Shown here in pieces: positions 51,912 through 60,399 of a stretch of DNA of 64,000 nucleotides. Every line of letters starts with the position of its first letter. Positions within the stretch are counted from its first letter, which is position 1. The position numbers and the translations under genes were made by a program. Under the pieces are notes generated by a model that was not told the origin of the DNA, made no database searches, and saw only the letters and a list, made by a program, of their open reading frames with translations. Origin of the DNA: a virus; the IMG/VR virus record IMGVR_UViG_3300022927_000015, positions 8,313 through 72,312 of that record, one strand, 5' to 3'.

Positions 51912-52787
51912 TTAACAATTTTCAACTAAGTCTTTTATTCCATCCTTATACAAAACATCAAGTAAATGCAAATCTTTTTTAGCTTGGTTAAAGTTATGTA
52001 TGATCGCAGGCATACAGGAATCGTAATATTCTTTTGTCAATTTATTACTTGTTAAAATATCATAAATCTCATTAACGTTCTGAAAAAATATCATACCAGA
52101 AGTATCGTAATGTTCCCACTGTGGGTGGTGTTCCGTTGACCATATAATAGGAATGGTACCAGTTAAAAAACTATCATTGCATTTTTCTGTTATAATAAAT
52201 GAATCTTCGTTGTCTATTACCACTTCATACATATAATCTTTTAAGCCATCGATCTTTTCTTTAGGATTATTAAATTCTATTAAGTTAGATCTATCGGCAC
52301 TAACTAGGTTTCTTATTTCTTGTCTAAGAGTATGTCCAGTTAGACCAAAGTTCTTATGAGACCAAATAGCAGTAACTAACTTAGTTTTATTGTAAATTTT
52401 TTGATCATTTTCACTAATCCATGTTTCACCGCTTAGTTTATAGTATTTATGTTTTTTGTAACTATCACTCCACCTAAACATTGCAGGATAATGACTAAAG
52501 ATAAGATCAAATATATCACCGTTATAATGTACCCATCTATAAAAATCTATCATTAACGGCTGCGGTTCAAGCATAACTAAAACATTATGTTTATGCCCTA
52601 ATGATTTAACATACTCTCCTAGTTTTTGTGGGGTATTAATTGGGTGAGAAGGTATTCCATAATCAATAAAGATACCTAAGTCTACTTTTTCATTAGTAAA
52701 ATCAATATACTTGCTTTCATGCTTATATGACCATGCTCTTTCTATTACTGATGGCCAATATAAATTTGCTTTAATCTTTTTATCCAT
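51912..52787 (-). CDS. Glycosyltransferase family 10-like (fucosyltransferase-like)
   Basis: MLEP, GHTLR, KIDGLKDYMYEVVIDN..ITEK..D.FLTGTIPIIW. Confidence 0.75.
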   Translation of the reverse strand: MDKKIKANLYWPSVIERAWSYKHESKYIDFTNEKVDLGIFIDYGIPSHPINTPQKLGEYVKSLGHKHNVLVMLEPQPLMIDFYRWVHYNGDIFDLIFSHYPAMFRWSDSYKKHKYYKLSGETWISENDQKIYNKTKLVTAIWSHKNFGLTGHTLRQEIRNLVSADRSNLIEFNNPKEKIDGLKDYMYEVVIDNEDSFIITEKCNDSFLTGTIPIIWSTEHHPQWEHYDTSGMIFFQNVNEIYDILTSNKLTKEYYDSCMPAIIHNFNQAKKDLHLLDVLYKDGIKDLVENC

Positions 52788-53031
52788 TTTTCAGTTGATC
52801 TTGTATATCTTTTATCTTAGCACATCTTTCATAGTCTTCCTTTTCTTCAAAGTGTTTTAAGATTCTATCTAAACTATGGATCTTATGCTTAGCAGTTTTT
52901 TCATCGTAGTGCAATACTTGGTCAGGAAACATAGTGATTACATTGTAACATAAGATCATATAATGGTCCCAGTCTCCATGTTCAAGTTGAGCCAATAGGG
53001 CTTTTAGAAATTCATCATCATTAAATGCCAT
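52780..53031 (-). CDS. Small UVR (UvrB/C motif) domain protein
   Basis: FEEKEDYERCAKIKD. Confidence 0.65.
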   Translation of the reverse strand: MAFNDDEFLKALLAQLEHGDWDHYMILCYNVITMFPDQVLHYDEKTAKHKIHSLDRILKHFEEKEDYERCAKIKDIQDQLKNG

Positions 53032-53833
53032 CTTGTATATCTTTCATTCTTTTAACTAACTCCTCTTGTTCTTCTGTTAAGCTTTGTGGTATATCAACTA
53101 AAACATTAACAAAGAAGTCACCATATACGTTAGGATTATGATAACTAGGAAAACCTTTACTTTTAATTCTTAGCATTGTTCCATTCCTTACACACTTAGG
53201 TATAGTATAGCTTATGGTTTTGTCAAATACTTTAATCTCGTCTTTCGTTCCTAGTAAAGCATCATAAAGATTTACGTGCTTTATTGTATGTAAGCCTTTT
53301 TGGTCCAGGTAAAAATTTGGATCATCTTGGATAAGAACAGTTAAGATAAGATCCCCGTTCTGCTCTTCTGTCATTCCTCTTTGGCCTAATCCTTTAAGCC
53401 TCATCTTTTGACCTGGCTTAACACCACGACTAATATTAACACTTACTGTTTTTGTACCTAGTCTTATTTCTCTCCTAGTACCTAAATAAGCTTCTTCTAA
53501 TGTAATATAGACTTGAGCATTTACATTACCCCCTTTACCATTAAAGCCATACCTCTGATTGAACATATCAGAAAACCCACCACCGTTTGCATTCCTAACA
53601 AACTCATCAAAGAATGCATCGTCAAAACTGCTAAAAGGGTTTGAATTAAATCTTGCTTTTTTCTTAGGGTCAGTTAATACATCATAAGCCTCAGCTATAT
53701 CTTTAAACTTAGACTCGTCACCACCTCTATCAGGGTGATGCTCTTTTGCTAATTGCCTATATGCTTTTTTAATATCTGCATCAGATGCATCTCTGCTAAT
53801 TCCTAGTATTTGATAAGGATCTTTCATTTCCAA
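53021..53833 (-). CDS. dnaJ: DnaJ/CbpA-type co-chaperone (class B, no Zn finger)
   Basis: DPYQILG..HHPD J-domain, G/F region, C-terminal domains. Confidence 0.92.
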   Translation of the reverse strand: MEMKDPYQILGISRDASDADIKKAYRQLAKEHHPDRGGDESKFKDIAEAYDVLTDPKKKARFNSNPFSSFDDAFFDEFVRNANGGGFSDMFNQRYGFNGKGGNVNAQVYITLEEAYLGTRREIRLGTKTVSVNISRGVKPGQKMRLKGLGQRGMTEEQNGDLILTVLIQDDPNFYLDQKGLHTIKHVNLYDALLGTKDEIKVFDKTISYTIPKCVRNGTMLRIKSKGFPSYHNPNVYGDFFVNVLVDIPQSLTEEQEELVKRMKDIQDGI

Positions 53834-54168
53834 AATATCTGTACACAGACCAAAGCCATCGCTAAAAGTAGAGACACTATTGTTTTTAAGTTAATACCTT
53901 CACCTAGAAAAATGTAAGTGCATAAAGCAAAGACAACTATTCCACTTGAAAACCCAATAAACCTACCAGGCCAAAGCACCCCACCGAAATGGGTAACCAC
54001 AGCTGCTGTTGCTTTAATAAAAATGTAACTAGCCAAAGTCCCAAATATGATTGAGATAGTCCATGGGTTTTCTTTAAACCAAGGCCACACAAATTGACCG
54101 TTAGATTGGAACCATATTAGACATTGTCCAATAAAGAAAAGAATAAATGCAAGTATTAAATTATTCAT
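53824..54168 (-). CDS. Small 4-TM membrane protein (DMT/SMR-like)
   Basis: Four hydrophobic helices, LGEGIN loop; likely start MNNLIL at 54168. Confidence 0.6.
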   Translation of the reverse strand: MNNLILAFILFFIGQCLIWFQSNGQFVWPWFKENPWTISIIFGTLASYIFIKATAAVVTHFGGVLWPGRFIGFSSGIVVFALCTYIFLGEGINLKTIVSLLLAMALVCVQIFWK

Positions 54169-54439
54169 TAGTGTAATATTTGTAGCCGTCACGTTCTGCA
54201 TGACTTAACCACATATCTAAGTCTTTGGCAGTTATCCAACTTGAGTTACTAAAATCATTATCTCCTTTTTTCTCTGACCTATAGATGTTCATAAACCATC
54301 TTTCATCAGGATCCTTTTTATCTATCTCCCACCAATACCACACTCTTTGCCAAGATCTAGGTTTCTTTAGGTAGCATTTTTTACCTTCATCTAAAGCTTT
54401 AAGAAATTCCTCCTTACTTATCGGACTGTCTTTCTTCAT
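54161..54439 (-). CDS. Hypothetical Trp-rich protein
   Basis: 92 aa in operon. Confidence 0.6.
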   Translation of the reverse strand: MKKDSPISKEEFLKALDEGKKCYLKKPRSWQRVWYWWEIDKKDPDERWFMNIYRSEKKGDNDFSNSSWITAKDLDMWLSHAERDGYKYYTNE

Positions 54440-54611
54440 TGAGCTTTTTCATTTGTAATGTTTTAAGCTTTTCATCAAGCTTAAACTTCTTTTCTTCTAA
54501 TAGGTTAGCCTTTTCCATCTGAGAACTAATCTTTTCCAAAACAGACACGAGTTTAGGAATATCCGATTCGTAGTATTTTCGGCCCATTGAGGTTCTAAAA
54601 AAATCTGACAT
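54414..54611 (-). CDS. Hypothetical protein
   Basis: Likely start MSDFFRTSMGRKYYESDIPKL just downstream of class II promoter 54625-54654. Confidence 0.65.
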   Translation of the reverse strand: MSDFFRTSMGRKYYESDIPKLVSVLEKISSQMEKANLLEEKKFKLDEKLKTLQMKKLNEERQSDK

Positions 54612-54682
54612 AATAAGTTGTTTATTTTTATATGTTATTTCATGACTTAGTTTCATGAATATATAATCAAAATAACTATCAT

Positions 54683-55186
54683 ATGAAAAAAGTACCATTA
54701 TTTGAAGATTTTGTACCGGTAGGATTTGGTGGAGATAATGCTGCATCGTTTTCTTTAGGCGGTGTAAACAATGTAGAGACCGGATATAACATGGATGCCA
54801 TCGTAGGTCCTGTGGATCAATGCTGTAACCATGTAGCTGAACAGGCAAATATGTATGAGACAAATGATAACCCAGATCATACAGCAGAATCTTACATTAA
54901 AGAAGCCAAGAAACACATTAACGATAAGATTGATGAAGCATGTGAAAACTATAGTGCAACTAATGAAGGTACTATTAATGAAGGTACTGATATTGGTTCT
55001 TGGAATCAAGGTGGAGTTAGAGGTAACGAAAATGTTTTAGTAACTACTTTTGCTGGCCCTAAAGATATTGAAGATTTTGGCTTAGGTAGAAAATGTATGC
55101 AAATAAATGTAGGGAGAAGCTATGTACAATTAAACCCAGCAGATATTGTAGAACTAAAAGAACTTCTTAAAAACTATAAAGTGTAA
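54683..55186 (+). CDS. Probable internal head protein (CTS)
   Basis: MKKVPLFEDFV; TNEG and INEG sites; late promoter 54658-54665 on +. Confidence 0.65.
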   Translation: MKKVPLFEDFVPVGFGGDNAASFSLGGVNNVETGYNMDAIVGPVDQCCNHVAEQANMYETNDNPDHTAESYIKEAKKHINDKIDEACENYSATNEGTINEGTDIGSWNQGGVRGNENVLVTTFAGPKDIEDFGLGRKCMQINVGRSYVQLNPADIVELKELLKNYKV

Positions 55187-55188
55187 TT

Positions 55189-55386
55189 ATGAGCATACCT
55201 AAATTTAATGAATATGTAAACGAAGCAATGGTTCAGGTTGCTGGTGATAAGAAACCTGCAGGTGCAAAGATTTTAGCAAGTGAAATTGTTGATAAATTAG
55301 AAAGCGCAAAAATGCTTAAACCTGGTGCTAATATCAACGCTGTTAAAAACGCAGTACAAATGATCATCATGGATACAACATTTTAA
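55189..55386 (+). CDS. Probable internal head protein (CTS)
   Basis: MSIPKFNEYVNEA. Confidence 0.7.
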   Translation: MSIPKFNEYVNEAMVQVAGDKKPAGAKILASEIVDKLESAKMLKPGANINAVKNAVQMIIMDTTF

Positions 55387-55389
55387 GAG

Positions 55390-56034
55390 ATGGCATTTAG
55401 AAGAATATCATATACAAACGGAGACCCATTAATCAACGAAAACTGGGCATACTACTTTTCTGAATCTTCTGAGGGTGCGGAGTATGAAATTTTATATGAA
55501 GATACCGCCAACACCTTAATTAATACAAACTCGGATTTAGTTCTAAATAAGTATCAAGATTTCTATAACTCACTATCACCCGGTTTAAGTGTTTTGTTAA
55601 TTGGTTACGGTATTGGTAACCCGGTAGATACAATTGCAGCTAATGGTTGTACTCTAACAATCATGGAGAAATATCAAGCGGTGATAGATCTTGCAACACA
55701 GGATCTGAGACCTTATACGGTTCAAGTTACAGATCCCTATACTTTCAATTATGCAGGTGAACCTAGTGCATATGATATTATTCTTTGGGATTTTCTTGAT
55801 TACCAAAACACAAGTACTCTATTACCGGTTACGGAAATGGAATATGCGTTAAGAGATAATGGTAAAATAGTAGCATGGTCAGCCGGTGGAACTAATGAAG
55901 TTAGAAGTATACAAGCAATACAAGCCACTGAAATTGCTAATGATCTAAACGGTCAAAACTATTTTAGATCATTTTCAAAAAATGCACTTGACATCTATAC
56001 AAGAATCAAAACAAAACTAAAACAAAAAGGATGA
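55390..56034 (+). CDS. Spermidine synthase-like/SAM-dependent methyltransferase-fold protein
   Basis: VLLIGYGIG, TIMEK...VID, YDIILWD. Confidence 0.6.
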   Translation: MAFRRISYTNGDPLINENWAYYFSESSEGAEYEILYEDTANTLINTNSDLVLNKYQDFYNSLSPGLSVLLIGYGIGNPVDTIAANGCTLTIMEKYQAVIDLATQDLRPYTVQVTDPYTFNYAGEPSAYDIILWDFLDYQNTSTLLPVTEMEYALRDNGKIVAWSAGGTNEVRSIQAIQATEIANDLNGQNYFRSFSKNALDIYTRIKTKLKQKG

Positions 56035-56279
56035 GCATACCTAAATTTAATGAATACTTAACCGAAGCAGAAGACTATGAATTTAATCCTTCTGAGGCAG
56101 CCTCTAGGCTTAAGAAAAGAGAAAAGGAAAACATTCAAAGATATCGTGCAGCTCAAGATCGTGGGGATAACTTTGCAATTGAGTTGTATAGCCTCAAGGT
56201 TAAGCTAGATAAAATGGACCTTGAAAGACTTAAGGTTCAAACTGCAATACATGATCTTAAAAACAAATACGGCAAATAA
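56031..56279 (+). CDS. Probable internal head protein (CTS)
   Basis: MSIPKFNEYLTEA. Confidence 0.7.
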   Translation: MSIPKFNEYLTEAEDYEFNPSEAASRLKKREKENIQRYRAAQDRGDNFAIELYSLKVKLDKMDLERLKVQTAIHDLKNKYGK

Positions 56280-56695
56280 TGGATAATCAAGAAAGAGACG
56301 ATTTAAGTAAAATCCGCCACTATAAAGGAACAGTAAAAGACTTTAAGAATTACTGGGATGAAATGGCAGGTACAGAAACCAATGCATTTGGTACCCCTGA
56401 ATACCAAGGCTTTAATGATGTACATCCAACTCGCGGTGCTAATGATAGTGAACACTGGAAAACTTCAAACGTAACAGAAGACACTGATATAGGTCATGTT
56501 GATAATGAACCCGGTATGTTAGCCAATGACCTTAGTGTAATTGAAAGATACGCCAAAGAACTAGGTGAAATGATGAATCAATTAGAAATGCAAGGTGAAG
56601 TAGATTTACCTCATTGGTGGCAATCAAAAGTTATCCTAGCCAAAGAATACTTAGTCAAGGCTAAACATTACTTAAGAGCTGAATTAGAGAAATAA
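56279..56695 (+). CDS. Probable internal head protein
   Basis: VKDFKNYW, VTED site, DNEPGM..LPHWWQSKV.LAK.YL domain. Confidence 0.6.
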   Translation: MDNQERDDLSKIRHYKGTVKDFKNYWDEMAGTETNAFGTPEYQGFNDVHPTRGANDSEHWKTSNVTEDTDIGHVDNEPGMLANDLSVIERYAKELGEMMNQLEMQGEVDLPHWWQSKVILAKEYLVKAKHYLRAELEK

Positions 56696-56721
56696 AAAAA
56701 GGAACCGTAAGGTTCCTTTTT
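56696..56721. terminator. Bidirectional intrinsic terminator
   Basis: AAAAAGGAACC-GTAA-GGTTCCTTTTT between convergent genes. Confidence 0.9.
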
Positions 56722-56724
56722 AGT

Positions 56725-57297
56725 TTAATTAAAGAGAGCCTTAAGGTTCTCTTTTTCAATTGTGGACTTCAGCACACTTACATAGTTAGGGGCTTCTGCA
56801 TAACTCGCTCCTAGATATTCAAAATACTCTTCCTCAGAATTAATCTTACTTAAATACCTACATTGGTAAAATGCATAGTCATACACGGATTCCCTCCAAT
56901 GATTATAGTATGCATGATTTCTGGAGGTGCCTTCAGCAGTAGTGATCCTACGTCTTGCTTGTTTCATACCAAAGAGATTATGGTTCTCTAAAAAGATATG
57001 ACTTTTCCAGCGACCGGTTTCAACAATTGACTGTGCCATAACTATGTGTGGGTATTGTACATTAAGATCTTTTAACATCTGTGTAAAAGATTTAACGCTA
57101 AAGCTATCCACTTCCGCAATAATAATTTCAACCTCACCCTCTCGCAATTGTTCAACTACAACTTCTTTTGCTCTTGCTTTGCCAATGAGATACCCGGTGA
57201 ATCCCATCAAAATTAAAACACTTATTAGGTAAAGTGTCCATGTCTTTAAACAAACCTCATCAAATAGAAGCTTGTCTTTATTGTATTTAAATAACAT
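56725..57297 (-). CDS. GH73 glucosaminidase-family muralytic enzyme with N-terminal TM segment
   Basis: AQSIVETG, HNLFGMK, Y.HWRES..DY, YAEAPNY. Confidence 0.85.
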   Translation of the reverse strand: MLFKYNKDKLLFDEVCLKTWTLYLISVLILMGFTGYLIGKARAKEVVVEQLREGEVEIIIAEVDSFSVKSFTQMLKDLNVQYPHIVMAQSIVETGRWKSHIFLENHNLFGMKQARRRITTAEGTSRNHAYYNHWRESVYDYAFYQCRYLSKINSEEEYFEYLGASYAEAPNYVSVLKSTIEKENLKALFN

Positions 57298-57300
57298 AAC

Positions 57301-57471
57301 TTATTCTTTTTCTTCAGTAAATACCCAGATTAATAAATATGCCCAAAACGATCCTGCAACAAATAGGAATAAAATCCTCCATAGAATAGATGGGATTCCA
57401 CTCCATTCACCTAACCCTGTGCATACACCACCAATGTACCCTTTTCCTCTATACAGTTTCTTGTTTATCAT
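57301..57471 (-). CDS. pspC: PspC-domain membrane protein (56 aa, below ORF-track cutoff)
   Basis: Manual translation MINKKLYRGKGYIGGVCTGLGEWSGIPSILWRILFLFVAGSFWAYLLIWVFTEEKE. Confidence 0.85.
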   Translation of the reverse strand: MINKKLYRGKGYIGGVCTGLGEWSGIPSILWRILFLFVAGSFWAYLLIWVFTEEKE

Positions 57472-57673
57472 TTGTAAGTTCTTTAAAAAACTTTGTTATT
57501 TTGTTGTCATTATAAAAGCAATCGGCATCTGTTGCCAAAATGCTATCATGTACGGTTGGGCTAATATCATATAAGGCATTCATATATGATTGACCTTCTC
57601 TTAACCCATGACCTACGTATCGGTTTTTATAAACCTCAAGTAGTCTCAACTGTTGTTTGGTAAGCTTTGCCAT
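57449..57673 (-). CDS. Hypothetical protein
   Basis: LREGQSYMNAL..DCFY small phage-protein pattern. Confidence 0.65.
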   Translation of the reverse strand: MAKLTKQQLRLLEVYKNRYVGHGLREGQSYMNALYDISPTVHDSILATDADCFYNDNKITKFFKELTNDKQETV

Positions 57674-57675
57674 AA

Positions 57676-58146
57676 TTAAAAATCACCAGGTGCAACTTGA
57701 AAACAAGATAGACCGTTATCTCTCCACATATCCACTACTTTTTGCCTATCATCAAACACACAAAAAATCCTGTCTTTTTTATCTCCAGGAAACAGATCAT
57801 CCAACCACATCTTCTTTAGCTTGTCATCGGCCATAAATTTGAAGTTACCACCAGTAGGTCTCATCTTAAGAACACTAAATGGTACTTTAAATTGATTAAG
57901 CCAATCCTTAGTGGCATCTTTGGTAGCTTTACTCCTACCAGAAAAGATTACAATCTGAAAGCCTTTGTCATGGAGTGCCTGTGCAGTTGCAATAACAGGT
58001 ACATTAGGCTGGTCCATACTGATGTTAGCAGGATCAAAAAATTTATCCCAATCCATTTTTCCATTGTCCTTAGTAGAAAAACTTCTCCGAGTATCAATAT
58101 CAGCAAGAGTTCCGTCAAGGTCAAAAATTACAATGTCTTTATCCAT
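57676..58146 (-). CDS. Polynucleotide 3'-phosphatase (PseT C-terminal HAD domain)
   Basis: FDLDGTLA, FSGR, LKMRP, FDDRQKVVDMWR..G..CFQVA.GDF. Confidence 0.88.
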   Translation of the reverse strand: MDKDIVIFDLDGTLADIDTRRSFSTKDNGKMDWDKFFDPANISMDQPNVPVIATAQALHDKGFQIVIFSGRSKATKDATKDWLNQFKVPFSVLKMRPTGGNFKFMADDKLKKMWLDDLFPGDKKDRIFCVFDDRQKVVDMWRDNGLSCFQVAPGDF

Positions 58147-58166
58147 AATAGAATTTGTTTATAGTT

Positions 58167-58197
58167 TAAATATAATACAAATAATTGGGATCTGAAA
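58167..58197 (-). promoter_or_regulatory. Class I promoter TTTCAG-N16-TTATATTTA
   Basis: Matches 51852, 61664 and 63946. Confidence 0.65.
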
Positions 58198-58202
58198 ACT
58201 TT

Positions 58203-58403
58203 TTATGAATTTTTTTCTTGTTCGGATCTAAGCTTCTGTTTGTAAATAGCCTTAAGCTTTTGTTTTCTTTTAACGGATGAAGGCTTTTCATATTCCTTCC
58301 TATCTCTAATTGACTGTACCTGTTTAATTCTCTTAGTCTTACGCTTATACCGTTTAAGCATTGTATCAATAGAGTCTTTTTCGTTTCTTTTAATTATTAT
58401 CAT
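58203..58403 (-). CDS. rpsU: 30S ribosomal protein bS21
   Basis: SIDTMLKRYKRK...RDRKEYEKPSSVKRK..KAIY. Confidence 0.93.
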   Translation of the reverse strand: MIIIKRNEKDSIDTMLKRYKRKTKRIKQVQSIRDRKEYEKPSSVKRKQKLKAIYKQKLRSEQEKNS

Positions 58404-58406
58404 ACT

Positions 58407-59282
58407 TTATATATTATACTTTAAGTCATTTGTGTAATATAGTTTTTTCAATCCTTCATTAAAAATTAAAACATTCCAACTCACGCTGCTTGAAGCACTT
58501 AAAAATATAGGACATTTACTTCCTATTAAAATATCAACATATGTATCAAACCAGTATTTAGGATTAAGTATAAGAGTACACTGTTCCTTATAAAAACCAT
58601 CTTCATCATCAATAGTACCTAACAGGCAATTATCATAATTAACAACCGGAATATCAAAATAAGATTTAAATTCTTCTACTAAATTTTCATTTTCACCCAT
58701 TGCAAATATTTTGTTAATGTTAGGGTTTTCTTTTAATATATGTTTTGCGCAATTAACATAATCATCCATTGTATTTGCTCTATCGCGAATTCCAGTATAC
58801 TTACTATTCTTGGTCATATCACTAAGACGAATATGCACAGCTAAAGTATTTTCATCAATGCTTAGTTTAATGATCTGATCTTTTACTTCCTTTACTAATT
58901 TTTTTGACCAAGGAAAATATTTCTTTTGTGTATTTCTTAGATTAGAATACATCTCATACTTAGTTATATCCATTCCAGTATACATAGGTAAATTATCAAA
59001 ACCACCTAAACCAATATCAGCTATTGTAGTAATATCTTCGGATGACTGGTCTAAAAAAGAACTCCACCAATTATCTAAGCTTTCCCATTCGGAATCAGAA
59101 ATCTGAGGCATGTTAAGATTATTGAAATTAGTACGAGAAATATCCCTTACACCATCGTTCTTAACAAGATAAAAAGAATCATATTTATTGAACTTATCTC
59201 TATTAGAAAGAATGTTATAAAGTACTAATATAAACTGTGTACTTAATCCTACTATATGAGTTTGATTTAATCCTAGCTTCAT
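58407..59282 (-). CDS. Fucosyltransferase-like glycosyltransferase (GT11/GT23 NodZ-like)
   Basis: LAVHIRLSD GDP-sugar-binding motif; DILIGSKC..L...SSVS. Confidence 0.7.
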   Translation of the reverse strand: MKLGLNQTHIVGLSTQFILVLYNILSNRDKFNKYDSFYLVKNDGVRDISRTNFNNLNMPQISDSEWESLDNWWSSFLDQSSEDITTIADIGLGGFDNLPMYTGMDITKYEMYSNLRNTQKKYFPWSKKLVKEVKDQIIKLSIDENTLAVHIRLSDMTKNSKYTGIRDRANTMDDYVNCAKHILKENPNINKIFAMGENENLVEEFKSYFDIPVVNYDNCLLGTIDDEDGFYKEQCTLILNPKYWFDTYVDILIGSKCPIFLSASSSVSWNVLIFNEGLKKLYYTNDLKYNI

Positions 59283-59304
59283 TTTAATTTATTAATTTAA
59301 TTTG

Positions 59305-59379
59305 TCGGGATGGCAGGATTCGAACCTGCGATCTCCTGGTCCCAAACCAGGCGCCGTAACCAGACTAGGCCACATCCCG
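59305..59379 (-). tRNA. tRNA-Pro(TGG)
   Basis: Cloverleaf CGGGATG/CATCCCG; anticodon loop TT-TGG-GA; GTTCGAAT; CCA not encoded. Confidence 0.95.
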
Positions 59380-59383
59380 TATG

Positions 59384-59456
59384 TTGTCCCTGCAGGGCTC
59401 GAACCTACACTCTTCTGAACCAAAATCAGACGTGTTGCCAATTACACCAAGGGACA
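59384..59456 (-). tRNA. tRNA-Gln(TTG)
   Basis: TGTCCCT/AGGGACA acceptor; TCTGA-TTTTGGT-TCAGA. Confidence 0.95.
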
Positions 59457-59475
59457 AGGTACTGTTCACGGTTTG

Positions 59476-59820
59476 TTATTTATTGAATTTAACTAGGAGG
59501 TTTCCTATAGTAGCATCAACCTTCTCTAGTCTTATATTGATTTTGTTTTCAAATTTATCAAGTCGTGAATCCATCATACTTACAATTTCACTGGCTTCTC
59601 CTTGGAAGTCGCGTTCTAATTGATCCATTCTATCATGCAACTCATCGTGCATTTTTCCTAGTTCATCATTTACATCATCTGCTATTTCATTGATGTGATC
59701 CGTGAGATCTCTCTCAACCAAGCTTAAAGCTGAAACTTTGTTCCAAACCTTAACAACACCCACAACCCCAATGATGACTAGGACCGTAAGTATACCTAAA
59801 GTAAAATAAAGTGTTTCCAT
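59476..59820 (-). CDS. Membrane-anchored coiled-coil protein
   Basis: N-terminal TM then heptads; class II promoter 59868-59897. Confidence 0.7.
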   Translation of the reverse strand: METLYFTLGILTVLVIIGVVGVVKVWNKVSALSLVERDLTDHINEIADDVNDELGKMHDELHDRMDQLERDFQGEASEIVSMMDSRLDKFENKINIRLEKVDATIGNLLVKFNK

Positions 59821-59903
59821 ATTTCTTTTGTTTTGTTTTAATTTTATGATGTGAACAGCACCATTTATTATTATATGTAATTTCTTAGTATTGTTTACAG
59901 ACT

Positions 59904-59928
59904 AAAAAAGACCGGATAAACCGGTCTT
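59904..59928 (-). terminator. Intrinsic terminator
   Basis: AAGACCGG-TTTAT-CCGGTCTT-TTTT on the minus strand. Confidence 0.8.
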
Positions 59929-59955
59929 AACCTAAGAGAATAGAATCTCAAAGGA

Positions 59956-60399
59956 TTAGGAATTTTTCACAACTGAACCAGAAGGTACCTCAGTATTAGC
60001 AGGAATAGTAACACCCTCGTACACGGTTACATTATCTCCAATAGTTACACCATCCTCAATGGTACAATTAATATCAATGACCGAATTAGCTCCAATGTAA
60101 ACTTGGTCACCAATTCTAGTTCCTGGTCTAACCAAAGAGCAGCATCCTACAACTAACCCTTTACCAACCACTGAGCCATCTAAAGTTTTACACCCATCAA
60201 AGAGTGTATGAAATAATGAACCATTAAGTACCGTGTTAGCTACAGTAAGTCGGTCATTACCATCCTCTAACGCAATAACCCAAGGCATATCAGCAGGTGC
60301 CTGATCATAATCTGTAGAATCATATTGAGCATAATCTCCCTTAGGAAGAAGCTGTGTAATTTTCTTGGCCCATTCGCCAGTACCATAAATGTTTATCAT
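59956..60399 (-). CDS. Hexapeptide-repeat sugar acetyltransferase-like (PglD/NeuD-like)
   Basis: IYGTG N-terminus; IGDQVYIGANSVI..CTIEDGVTIGDNV left-handed beta-helix; late promoter. Confidence 0.75.
   Translation of the reverse strand: MINIYGTGEWAKKITQLLPKGDYAQYDSTDYDQAPADMPWVIALEDGNDRLTVANTVLNGSLFHTLFDGCKTLDGSVVGKGLVVGCCSLVRPGTRIGDQVYIGANSVIDINCTIEDGVTIGDNVTVYEGVTIPANTEVPSGSVVKNS

Noticed and set aside
54612-54863. N-terminal extension of the 149-aa ORF 54414..54863
   Set aside because: It overlaps the divergent promoters and the plus-strand gene; the real start is more likely 54611
58166-58369. 67-aa ORF overlapping rpsU in another frame
   Set aside because: Shadow of bS21 running into the next promoter, with no recognisable features
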